Below, piece after piece: positions 29,417 to 37,997 of a stretch of DNA of 62,159 nt; within the stretch, counting starts at the first letter, position 1; every line of letters starts with the position of its first letter. The notes under the pieces are model-generated. The model was not told where the DNA came from, searched no databases, and worked only from the letters and a program-made list of their open reading frames with translations. The translations under genes and the position numbers were made by a program. The stretch lies in contig CALLGK010000021.1 of assembly GCA_938009905.1 (NCBI GenBank), positions 1 to 62,159 of the forward strand. Direction: 5' to 3'. This DNA is from an uncultured Acidimicrobiales bacterium (lineage in GTDB: Bacteria; Actinomycetota; Acidimicrobiia; Acidimicrobiales; SZUA-35).

Positions 29417-31213
29417 TTATGGCGTGAGCCTGATGATTGAGTCGCTTCCGGTGCTGGTGCTCACGTAGATCGATCCGTCGGCGGCTTGATGCACGGCACG
29501 AAGACGGCCGAACTCGCCGTCGAGAATGGTGCGCTGACCGAGATACAGATTCTCGTCGTTGAAGAACAGCAATCGAAGGGTTTGATTCTTCAGTGCAGCC
29601 ACGCCAAGCCCGCCATTGAGCGAGCCCCAAGCTGGGTCGTCAAACCACTCACCTCCGGACAGCGCCAACGTGAACCCGCCGGTTGACCACTCGGCTGCCT
29701 TGGCGTTGGGGAGCGACAGGTTGGTCATGGGAACCGACTCGTTGTAACCCGGCACGGGGTTCCATCCCGCGTTGGCCCCCGGCACCAGGCGGTTGACCTC
29801 GTCGTTCACGCGGGGTCCGTGTTCGACCGCCCACATCTCGCCGGTGGTGGGGCGAGGCGAGAGGCCCTGCACGTTGCGGTGCCCGTAGGAGTAGACGAGT
29901 TGCGCCGCCGGGTTCAGGTCGGACGCGAACGGATTGTCGAAGACCGGACCGCCGGTTGCCGGGTCGATCCGAAGCACCTTGCCGCCAAGCGAGGTGATGT
30001 TCTGGGGGAGCGAGCCAACCGCTGAGTCGCCGGTCCCGACGAACAGGTGACCAGCCGGGTCGAACTCGAGTTGGCAACCACCGTGTCGGCCAGATGCGAT
30101 CGGCAGGCCCCCAACCAGAGGGTCTTGTGCTCGCATGGCCGACGTGCGGTCGGCCGACAATGTCCATGCCAACACCTGAATCTCGCGAGGGCTGCTGTGT
30201 CCCTGGCAGGTATAGAACCGGCGGTTCTCGGCGAAGTTTGGATCAACGGCAAGCCCCATGAGGCCCGTCTCTGAGTTGACGAACAAATCGCTGAAGTCGG
30301 CCGTGATCGATGTGATTGTGCCGTCTGGCGCAATCAGCTCAAGGCCGCCGGGGCGCTCGGTGACAAGCAACGACCCGTCCGGCAGCGACTCGATGTCCCA
30401 CGGGATCACCAAGCCCGTTGCGACGACTTCGGTCCGGATCGTTGGCGGAGTCGGGAAACGACCCTGGTATTCGGGGAGGGCCATGACGGCGCCTGCAAAC
30501 TCTCGCAACGGCAGGCCACGGTCGACCTCGCCAATCCAGAATGCGAGCCCCTCGGGCTCGGGCAACCGTTTGAGAAGCCCGAGGAAGACGAGTGTGGTGA
30601 TCACCTCGCCGTTGGTGATGGCTCGGTGCTCGGGCGACTCAGAAACGGTTGCGATGAACTCACCAAGGGTGAGTCGTCCACTGTCGATCTCTTCAGTCCA
30701 AAACGCCAGACCTTCGGCATCGGGTGCTCGTCCGAGTGATCGTCCGTAGATCGCAGCCACGACCTCTTCCGTCGTCTGAGCTGCCGCGAGCTCGGCGAAC
30801 TCTGCTCCCTCGAGAAACTGATCGGCGATGGAGCTCAGCGGTTGGCCAGTTCGAAAGCGGCCGACCCAAAAGTCGAGCCCGCCTGGGTCGGGGCGACGAT
30901 CGAAGACGGAGCGATACAGACGAAAGATTGGTGCGATCGACCCGTCAAACTCAGGCGACGAGATCAGATCTTCGATGAGCACTTCTGGCGCTTGTCCTGC
31001 TCGCATGCGATCGGCCCAGAACTGAAGACCGGCTGCGTCTGGACCACGAGACAAGATGTCGCGATAGGCCTGGTCGACGAACGACTCTTCGGTGGGGAAC
31101 CGCCCTTCGTTCACGGTGCCAGCGGCTGCCGGGGGTGCCACAAGGTGAACCGGTGCGGTTACCGCAGCAAGTAAGGCGATGACGATGGCGAATCCGAGCG
31201 CGACTCGTTTCAT
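29417..31213 (-). CDS. Secreted PQQ-dependent sugar dehydrogenase (GSDH family) with N-terminal DUF4214-like repeats
   Basis: Signal peptide; three Y...L.R.PD..GL.FW repeats; PWDI, TERPG, HGGCQLEF, LGGKVLRI, YGHRNVQG, EHGP..NDEVN. Confidence 0.85.
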   Translation of the reverse strand: MKRVALGFAIVIALLAAVTAPVHLVAPPAAAGTVNEGRFPTEESFVDQAYRDILSRGPDAAGLQFWADRMRAGQAPEVLIEDLISSPEFDGSIAPIFRLYRSVFDRRPDPGGLDFWVGRFRTGQPLSSIADQFLEGAEFAELAAAQTTEEVVAAIYGRSLGRAPDAEGLAFWTEEIDSGRLTLGEFIATVSESPEHRAITNGEVITTLVFLGLLKRLPEPEGLAFWIGEVDRGLPLREFAGAVMALPEYQGRFPTPPTIRTEVVATGLVIPWDIESLPDGSLLVTERPGGLELIAPDGTITSITADFSDLFVNSETGLMGLAVDPNFAENRRFYTCQGHSSPREIQVLAWTLSADRTSAMRAQDPLVGGLPIASGRHGGCQLEFDPAGHLFVGTGDSAVGSLPQNITSLGGKVLRIDPATGGPVFDNPFASDLNPAAQLVYSYGHRNVQGLSPRPTTGEMWAVEHGPRVNDEVNRLVPGANAGWNPVPGYNESVPMTNLSLPNAKAAEWSTGGFTLALSGGEWFDDPAWGSLNGGLGVAALKNQTLRLLFFNDENLYLGQRTILDGEFGRLRAVHQAADGSIYVSTSTGSDSIIRLTP

Positions 31214-31331
31214 GGGCCTCAAGGTAGCGACCACGAATTTGCTGATGGGGTCGACTGCCAAGAGTTCAGAAGTCGGACCATCGCTCGGTTGGGCTGGACG
31301 TCGTGATTGAGGCGACGGATAGGGTCGTGGC

Positions 31332-32438
31332 ATGACCGATCTGTTCGCGCTGACCGCTGAGTTGGTGGACCGGCCTTCTGTGTCGTTCGAAGAAGGCCCG
31401 TTCGTCGACTGGCTCGAGACCGAGCTGCGGGCGTGCAGCCACCTTGAGGTTGATCGCATCGGAGACAACCTGATTGCGCGCACCAATTTGGGACTCAGCC
31501 AGCGGCTGATTCTTGCTGGCCACACCGACACGGTGCCGGTGGCCACGAGCGATGACCTTCCCGGCGGGTCCAACGCCGCGGCTCGCATCGAGGGCGACAC
31601 CCTGTGGGGCGTCGGATCGTCCGACATGAAGGGCGGCCTTGCGGTGTTTCTCGACATCGCCCGAACGGTTCCCGACCCGGCGATGGACCTCACGTTTGTG
31701 TTCTACGCCCGGGAAGAGGTCGCGCAGGAGCACAACGGCCTCATCGAGATCGCGGCAACTCGCCCTGATCTGCTCGAAGCCGACTGTGCGATTCTCGGCG
31801 AACCAACTGACGGCGTGATCGAGGCCGGGTGTCAGGGCGCCATGCGGATCGAAGTGGAGCTGGCGGGAGCGCGGGCCCACACCGCCCGCCCCTGGATGGG
31901 ACGCAACGCCATTCACCGGCTTGGTGACCTTCTGGCCACCCTCGCCTCCTACGAGTCGCGCAAACCAACGATCGACGGCTGCACCTATGGCGAAACGGTT
32001 CAGGCGGTGCACGTAGAAGGGGGAGTGGCGGGCAACGTGGTGCCCGACCGGGCCATGGTGCGGATTCACCATCGCTACGCCCCAGACCGATCGGCTGCGG
32101 AAGCCGAGACCTTCCTTCGCGAACTGCTCGCCCCGCATCTTGACGATGGCGATTCCATCACGGTTGTCGACTCGAGTGCGGCGTGCCCGCCCTCGCTCCG
32201 TCACCCACTGCTCGAACAGCTACGAGACGGCGGGGGCGAGTTCGACCCAGTTGAGGTGCGAGCAAAGCTCGGCTGGACAGACGTCGCTCGGTTTGCCGAG
32301 CTGGGGGTTCCCGCCACCAACTTCGGATCTGGCGATCCAACCATCGCCCACACCGCCCACGAGCATCTGATGCGAGACTCCATCGAACGAACAGGTGCTG
32401 CCATCCGGTCGCTGGTCACCGGAAACCGGCAGGTTTAG
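31332..32438 (+). CDS. dapE: Succinyl-diaminopimelate desuccinylase
   Basis: LAGHTDTVP, DMKGG, REEV, GEPT, AHTARPWMGRNAIH, GWTDVARF. Confidence 0.9.
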   Translation: MTDLFALTAELVDRPSVSFEEGPFVDWLETELRACSHLEVDRIGDNLIARTNLGLSQRLILAGHTDTVPVATSDDLPGGSNAAARIEGDTLWGVGSSDMKGGLAVFLDIARTVPDPAMDLTFVFYAREEVAQEHNGLIEIAATRPDLLEADCAILGEPTDGVIEAGCQGAMRIEVELAGARAHTARPWMGRNAIHRLGDLLATLASYESRKPTIDGCTYGETVQAVHVEGGVAGNVVPDRAMVRIHHRYAPDRSAAEAETFLRELLAPHLDDGDSITVVDSSAACPPSLRHPLLEQLRDGGGEFDPVEVRAKLGWTDVARFAELGVPATNFGSGDPTIAHTAHEHLMRDSIERTGAAIRSLVTGNRQV

Positions 32439-32556
32439 TCCGCCGGGTCTAGCGCCGATGTAAAGAACAGAGCTACAGTTCTCTGAAACAAATAGTACGA
32501 GCTTCAAACAATTCGGCGCCGCCGAGCGGACGCCGACCTTCGGGAAGGGGATCCCC

Positions 32557-33363
32557 GTGCGCAAGAACATTGAACCCTCGAGCCTGGCTCGAGACGATCG
32601 TTTCCAACGCCAGACCACTGAAGAACGTTTCAAAGATCTGCGCGACACCATGGAGGTCGGCAAGGTCGATCCCAAGGCTGAAGACGTGGCTGACCGTGCC
32701 CGTCGTCGCATGCACGGCATCTTTGTGGGCGAGATCCAGGCTCTCGAAGGTGCTGGACGTACGGCGTTCGACTTCGGCACAGACGAGGTGCCTTACGAGC
32801 TCAAGCTCGACATGGCCCGTCAGTGCTGGGACGAGGCTCGCCACTGCGAGATCTCGATCAAGCTGGCCGAGCACATGGGTGGCGAGCTCGGCGAATACGT
32901 CGAATCAACCACATTGTTCGAAGCCGCGTGCCACGACGATCCTGTGTTCCGCCTCGCCGGTGTGAACCGTGCGCTCGAAGGCCTCGCCATCGACGTGTTC
33001 ACCCAGATGCGTGACTTCGGTCAAGAGATGGGCGATCCGGTGCTCGAGTACTGCGAGGACTACATGCTCGCCGACGAGGTCACCCACGTGCGCATGGGCT
33101 CGAAGTGGCTGCGAGCAGTCACCGAAGACGATCCAGAGCGCCGCAAGGCCGCCATCGAGTTCCAGCGCGTTGTCGATGGACTGTTCAACTTCCGTGGTCA
33201 GCGTGGCGAAGAGCGCGACGCTCCGATTCGCCTTGCTCGTCAGTTCCGCAAGATGGCCGGGTTCACCGACGGCGAGGTCGACGAGATTCTCGAGACGTCG
33301 ATGAAGCAGCGGGCTGAGGTCGACGCCGAGCGTATGGCTCGCTCGATCATGTCCGAGGACTAG
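32557..33363 (+). CDS. Ferritin-like di-iron protein (DUF455-like)
   Basis: GEIQALE, WDEARH, LEGLAID, ADEVTHVRMGSKW (two ExxH motifs). Confidence 0.72.
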   Translation: MRKNIEPSSLARDDRFQRQTTEERFKDLRDTMEVGKVDPKAEDVADRARRRMHGIFVGEIQALEGAGRTAFDFGTDEVPYELKLDMARQCWDEARHCEISIKLAEHMGGELGEYVESTTLFEAACHDDPVFRLAGVNRALEGLAIDVFTQMRDFGQEMGDPVLEYCEDYMLADEVTHVRMGSKWLRAVTEDDPERRKAAIEFQRVVDGLFNFRGQRGEERDAPIRLARQFRKMAGFTDGEVDEILETSMKQRAEVDAERMARSIMSED

Positions 33364-33410
33364 CTCGAACCTCGGTTCGTAGAACCAACACAAGATCCCA
33401 AAACGAGTGA

Positions 33411-33446
33411 GGCCCCCACCACACGGCGGGGGCCCCACTCGTTTTC
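33411..33446. terminator. Intrinsic terminator-like hairpin between convergent genes
   Basis: ggcccccacc-acac-ggcggggggcc, then a short T run. Confidence 0.5.
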
Positions 33447-33474
33447 GTTCACGCTTGTCCGGCGTTGGTTTCGT

Positions 33475-34116
33475 CTACATGCGGCGCATAACGGTGACGA
33501 CTCGTCCGTAGATCTCGACCTCGTCTGGTGCGAAGCGCATCGGCTCAAGGCGCTCGTTGTGAGGCTCGAGCACGACCTGCTTGGCCTTGGCGTCCTTGCG
33601 ATAGGTCTTGACCGTCGCCTCTTCGCCCGGGATCCCGGCAACGACGATGTCGCCGTTACTTGCCGTCGACTGCATGCGAGCGACCACATAGTCGCCGTCG
33701 AGAATGCCAGCGTCGATCATCGAGTCGCCTCGGACGGTCAGCATGAACAAGTCGCCGTCGCCGGTGAGGTCGGCCGGAACAGGAAGCGTCTCTTCGATGT
33801 GTTCCTGAGCGAGCACGTCTGTACCGGCTGCGACGTTGCCGACGAGGGGTACGTGGCGGACCGGACGTCGTTCAATATCTGAAGCACCAGAGTTTGGATC
33901 CCATCGGACTTCGATAGCCCGCGGCTTCGTTGGGTCTCGATGGAGGTACCCCTCGCGCTGCAGCGTGGCTAGGTGGCTGTGCACCGTGGAAGGGGAGGTG
34001 AGGCCGACAGCCTCACCGATCTCGCGGACCGACGGCGGGAAGCCCCGGTTGCGCATTTGTTCCGTAATGAACTCGAGGATCGAACGCTGTCGATCGGTGA
34101 GCTGATGATCTCCCAT
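33475..34116 (-). CDS. lexA: SOS repressor LexA
   Basis: LTDRQRSIL, PPSVREIG, VAAG cleavage site, GDSM, EATVK; GGAGG RBS before the ATG at 34116. Confidence 0.97.
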   Translation of the reverse strand: MGDHQLTDRQRSILEFITEQMRNRGFPPSVREIGEAVGLTSPSTVHSHLATLQREGYLHRDPTKPRAIEVRWDPNSGASDIERRPVRHVPLVGNVAAGTDVLAQEHIEETLPVPADLTGDGDLFMLTVRGDSMIDAGILDGDYVVARMQSTASNGDIVVAGIPGEEATVKTYRKDAKAKQVVLEPHNERLEPMRFAPDEVEIYGRVVTVMRRM

Positions 34117-34128
34117 AGGAGCCTCCAG

Positions 34129-34328
34129 TCGAACAGGTGTTTGGGGAGTATGCCATGAACGGGGGTACAAGTGTTCGATATCGCAAGAAGTTCTGCTGGT
34201 CAGTTGCGTGCGTGGTCGGCTCCGTCCGCTGCCGATGCCGAGCCTGGCAAACATTTGTTCGATTGAGGGGTTGCAATCGAACGCCCGTTCGTGTTGACTG
34301 TCGAACAGAGCAGCGAACACGTGTTCGT
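34129..34328. promoter_or_regulatory. Cluster of five LexA (SOS) boxes
   Basis: Matches to TCGAAC-N4-GTTCGA: 34129 TCGAACAGGTGTTTGG, 34163 GGGTACAAGTGTTCGA, 34247 GCAAACATTTGTTCGA, 34277 TCGAACGCCCGTTCGT, 34313 GCGAACACGTGTTCGT. Confidence 0.85.
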
Positions 34329-34334
34329 TGCAAC

Positions 34335-34565
34335 TTCCTCGGGCGGAACACGCTTGCGGGGTCTCACCACCCCCAAGCGTGCCGTGGAGCAGAGAACCGT
34401 CGAGTCGAACCTCGATGCACCGGCAGATTCGGTCCTGTGATTCCGCAGTCCTGATGTGTTGAGGCACCGAGGACCCGGGCAGAACCGTCCCTAGCGGGAC
34501 GAGCGGGTACGGCTCGGGGTGGGCACCGGACGCGGCGGATCCGGTGCCCACCCAGTTGGTTTCTT
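34335..34565 (+). ncRNA. Candidate LexA-controlled structured ncRNA
   Basis: Consecutive hairpins, no convincing ORF, ends in a perfect 14-bp stem (34517-34553); directly downstream of SOS boxes. Confidence 0.4.
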
Positions 34566-34602
34566 CAGCACCCCGCACAGTTCACCCGCACCGACAGTTC
34601 AC

Positions 34603-34624
34603 TGTCACACCCCATCAGGAGAAT
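34603..34624 (+). promoter_or_regulatory. PafBC/RecA-NDp-like promoter
   Basis: TGTCAC-N10-GAGAAT, then ATG 7 nt later (consensus TGTCGG-N10-TANNNT). Confidence 0.5.
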
Positions 34625-34631
34625 GGAATCC

Positions 34632-35162
34632 ATGGTCGCTCTCATCAGCCCACAGCCCGGCATCATCAACCAGCCTCGATTCCGTCCTGCACCGCACCAA
34701 AACCAGTACGGCCCTGCTCAGCACGGACTGCATCGTCCCGCTCGATCGGGTGCTCGTCACTTGCACGCCGTGCCCGCGTTCGGTGAGCTGCCCGAGATTG
34801 CGCTCCCTGAGATCGCACTGCCTGAGATCGCACTGCCTGAGATCGCACTGCCTGAGATCGCCCTGCCTGATTTCGAGCTCGGTCGGCGCCTGGCCGCAGC
34901 GGTTCCCCCGTTGCGTCCAATGCTGCTGTGGCTCGACGACGTTGTTGACCTGCTTCGGTGGGGTGGCTCGGCCGCCGTTCGGTTCGCCATCCTCGCCATT
35001 GCGCTGTGTGTTGCGGTCGTGTCGGTCCGTCTCTCGCAGGGCGTGCCGCCCGCTGATGTCTCGACACCGTTCACGCCAACCGGCGTGCAAGTATCCCCAA
35101 CTTCCGGGGGATCAGCGGCGGCGAATGGCGACGTCGTGCTGAGTTTTTCGACCACGGGTTAG
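34632..35162 (+). CDS. Membrane protein in the ChiZ/YneA position (between lexA and nrdR), no LysM domain visible
   Basis: Single hydrophobic helix AVRFAILAIALCVAVVSV; (LPEIA)5 repeat; synteny. Confidence 0.55.
   Translation: MVALISPQPGIINQPRFRPAPHQNQYGPAQHGLHRPARSGARHLHAVPAFGELPEIALPEIALPEIALPEIALPEIALPDFELGRRLAAAVPPLRPMLLWLDDVVDLLRWGGSAAVRFAILAIALCVAVVSVRLSQGVPPADVSTPFTPTGVQVSPTSGGSAAANGDVVLSFSTTG
34788..34871 (+). repeat. 15-bp coding tandem repeat (LPEIA x5)
   Basis: ctgcctgagatcgca-like units. Confidence 0.9.
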
Positions 35163-35245
35163 CCCGTTTCGTTGCCATTCGGTGACATCTCATTGTCGTC
35201 GCGCTGAGAGCACCTCGAACGCGCGTCGGGCGGTACGGTGGGACA

Positions 35246-35695
35246 ATGCGTTGCGCAACGTGTGGAGGGTCTGAATCGAAGGTCATCGACTCGCGCTCCG
35301 CCGACGACGACACCACGATTCGGCGTCGCCGGCAATGCATGGCGTGTGACCATCGGTTCACCACCTTCGAGCGTCTCGAAGAGGTGCCTGTCTTTGTCGT
35401 GAAGCGCAACGGTGATCGAGAGCCCTTCGACAGGCGCAACATCGTGGCCGGGCTGCAAGCCTCCGCGGTCGGTCGCCCCTTTGAATCGGCTGATTTCGAT
35501 CGCATTGCGTGCGCCGTAGAAGACGAGGCCCGGCTCATCGGCAGTGAGGTGTCGTCCGAGTGGGTCGGAATTGCGGTGCTCGAACAGCTGAGAACGGTCG
35601 ACATCGTGGCTGCGTTGCGGTTTGCGAGTGTCTACAAAGGCTTCACTGAAGCCGCCGACTTCGAGCGAGAACTTCGGCTGATTAAGCGGGACTAG
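35246..35695 (+). CDS. nrdR: Transcriptional repressor NrdR
   Basis: CATC, KVIDSR, IRRRRQCMACDHRFTTFE, ATP-cone, LRFASVYK. Confidence 0.96.
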   Translation: MRCATCGGSESKVIDSRSADDDTTIRRRRQCMACDHRFTTFERLEEVPVFVVKRNGDREPFDRRNIVAGLQASAVGRPFESADFDRIACAVEDEARLIGSEVSSEWVGIAVLEQLRTVDIVAALRFASVYKGFTEAADFERELRLIKRD

Positions 35696-35772
35696 AGCCT
35701 GTTGACGCCCCTTCGTCCAGGGCGTCCCGATTGGAACCTCATTGCCGGGGTCGCGATGCCGATTGATGCTGG

Positions 35773-37221
35773 ATGGGCGAACGCCAACTTCTCGCGCCAA
35801 CGCCGGCCCAACGATCGCGCCGCTCGCCTCTTCTGAGGCGACGTGGGCGCAGCGCGTTCGGTGTGTTGGCATTGCTGAGTGGTTTGCTGGTGCTGCCAGC
35901 CGACAGTGCGTTGTCCCAAGAGGGTCCAGATCAGGGGCAACAGGAGGAAGCTCCAGAGGGCGAAACCCCCGCTGAAGAGGAGCTGCCAGAAATCGAGCTC
36001 GATCTGCCTGATTCGGTTGACGACCTCGACGTTGGACCAGGTGGCCCTCCACCTCGAGTGTTGCCATCGGGTGATCTGTCCAACGTGCGCCTTGCTGATC
36101 TCATCCCGAACCCAGAGCTCATTCACCCCGATCTTCCTGGCGGGATCACTGTCAACCCGTCGTCGCTCGGTCCGCTGGCGTCTGACCTAAATCAAGCTCG
36201 CGCCGATTTGATTGATGCTCGTGACCGGCTGGCCGAATCTCGCACGAACTTCGACCTTGCCTCGCTGCGCGTTTCGGCGATCGACGCTGAGCTCGACATC
36301 GCCATTGAGGCGAGCCAGTCAACGTCTGTCGCAGAGATTGAGGCAACAGACGACTTGCGAGGATTCGCAGTGAGCGCATTCGTGGGATCAGAAGAGCTGG
36401 GTGAATTGGCCTTCGCAAACGACCTCGACTCGATGAGCCTGACGACGCTGGCCGAGGAAGCAGAGACCTTCCTGAGCACCACGATGCTCGACGCGGTCGA
36501 CGACGCGAGCAGCGCTGATTCGACGATGGCTGAGCTTCGGCTCGAACGGTTGTTGCAAGAGGCCGAGCGAAATGCAGCAGCCAACAACCGAGAAGTTGCC
36601 CTTGCCGACATCGCATCGGCAGAAGAGCGCATTGACACGCTTGGGCCAGAGCTCGAAGCAAGCATCTTGCAGCTCCAGGTTGAGGGCACTGACATGCCGC
36701 TCGTTGTGCTCGATGCGTATTACACCGCAGCAGACAACTTCCGCCGTGACCGACCCTCATGTCGGGTGAGTTGGCATCAACTCGCCGGCATTGGTCGAGT
36801 CGAGAGCGGACACGGGACCTTCGGAGGGAGCGTCGTTGGTCGAGATGGTCGAACCAGCGACGAAATCCTTGGCCCCGTGCTCGACGGTGACCCGTGGCTT
36901 GCGATCCCCGACACCGATGGTGGCAAGTACGACCTCGACACCGTCTGGGATCGAGCTGTCGGTCCGATGCAGTTCATCCCCGGCAGTTGGGCTCGTCACG
37001 GTCAGGATGGCAACGGCGACGGTGTGGTCGACCCGCACAACCTCTATGACGCCGCGATGGCGGCGGCCAGCCATCTGTGTGCCTCATCCGGCAATCTCGA
37101 TCAGCGAGCCAACTACCAACGGGCCCTTCTTGGCTACAACCGTTCGACGGCCTATGGCTTGCTGGTGATGGGATATGCGGACGAGTACCTGGAAGCGCTC
37201 GATCTCGCTCCTAACTACTGA
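35773..37221 (+). CDS. Secreted coiled-coil + lytic transglycosylase protein
   Basis: Signal peptide, long coiled coil, LAGIGRVESGHG, DRAVGPMQFIPGSW, YNRS. Confidence 0.85.
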   Translation: MGERQLLAPTPAQRSRRSPLLRRRGRSAFGVLALLSGLLVLPADSALSQEGPDQGQQEEAPEGETPAEEELPEIELDLPDSVDDLDVGPGGPPPRVLPSGDLSNVRLADLIPNPELIHPDLPGGITVNPSSLGPLASDLNQARADLIDARDRLAESRTNFDLASLRVSAIDAELDIAIEASQSTSVAEIEATDDLRGFAVSAFVGSEELGELAFANDLDSMSLTTLAEEAETFLSTTMLDAVDDASSADSTMAELRLERLLQEAERNAAANNREVALADIASAEERIDTLGPELEASILQLQVEGTDMPLVVLDAYYTAADNFRRDRPSCRVSWHQLAGIGRVESGHGTFGGSVVGRDGRTSDEILGPVLDGDPWLAIPDTDGGKYDLDTVWDRAVGPMQFIPGSWARHGQDGNGDGVVDPHNLYDAAMAAASHLCASSGNLDQRANYQRALLGYNRSTAYGLLVMGYADEYLEALDLAPNY

Positions 37222-37235
37222 TCGACGGCTGGCAG

Positions 37236-37982
37236 CTACTGACGTCGGGTCCAGCGGCCAAACAGCATGTGGTCGTCGAGCCAGAGGCGTGACAACTCGA
37301 ATCGATCAACCGTGGCAGGTGTCGGCCCCACTGCAGGTCTGGCTGATTCGCCCGCGACAAGCGTGGGGGAGAGGGTCATGTTCCACTCGTCGATGAGGTC
37401 GTCGGCCACCAGCTGACCGTTGACACGGGGCCCGCCTTCAGCCAACACAATGGTGTGGCCTCGCTCGCCAAGAAGACGGATGGCCTCTCGCAGATCGACC
37501 CGTTCGTCTCCTGACTCGATGATGTCGACCTTGTCGGCGAGCTGGTTGCGCTTGGCGATTGGGGCATTCGCCGAGGTGAGCACGATGGGGCGATAGCCGG
37601 GCTCGTGAAGCAACGGGAGCGTTGGGTCGAGCTGCAAGCTCGACGACACGATGGCAATCGTCGCTCGTGCTGGCAGGCCACGATCGAGCCGCCGCCGCTG
37701 CGACTCCGGATTGGGATTGGCCGCCCGATACTCCTCGGCGTTCACCGTGGCCGCACCGACGAGGATCACCGACGGGACCTCGCGGAGCGCCCCGAACATC
37801 TGCTGATCGGCAGGCCCGCCGAGCGGCCCGGAGAGCCCTTCGACAGCCGTGCCTCCGTCAAGGCTCGAAACCATGTTGGTCATGACCCACGGACGGGCCG
37901 TGGTGCCAGGCCGATGTTCGTGGTGGATGTCGACGCGCGGGTGAACCGTGCGGTGCTCGTTGCCGGGAGTGAGGTCGATCAC
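37236..37982 (-). CDS. RibD C-terminal (pyrimidine reductase / DHFR-like) domain protein
   Basis: NMVSSLDG, ILVGAATV..E.Y, VLAEGGP, DLIDE. Confidence 0.85.
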   Translation of the reverse strand: MIDLTPGNEHRTVHPRVDIHHEHRPGTTARPWVMTNMVSSLDGGTAVEGLSGPLGGPADQQMFGALREVPSVILVGAATVNAEEYRAANPNPESQRRRLDRGLPARATIAIVSSSLQLDPTLPLLHEPGYRPIVLTSANAPIAKRNQLADKVDIIESGDERVDLREAIRLLGERGHTIVLAEGGPRVNGQLVADDLIDEWNMTLSPTLVAGESARPAVGPTPATVDRFELSRLWLDDHMLFGRWTRRQ

Positions 37983-37997
37983 CCCGCCAGTATGGGC

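Noticed and set aside
31214-31693. N-terminal 160 aa of the 758-aa ORF
   Set aside because: Overlaps dapE on the opposite strand; the signal peptide begins at 31213.
34117-34578. N-terminal extension of LexA (367-aa ORF)
   Set aside because: Homology and the GGAGG RBS start at 34116; the extension runs through the SOS boxes.
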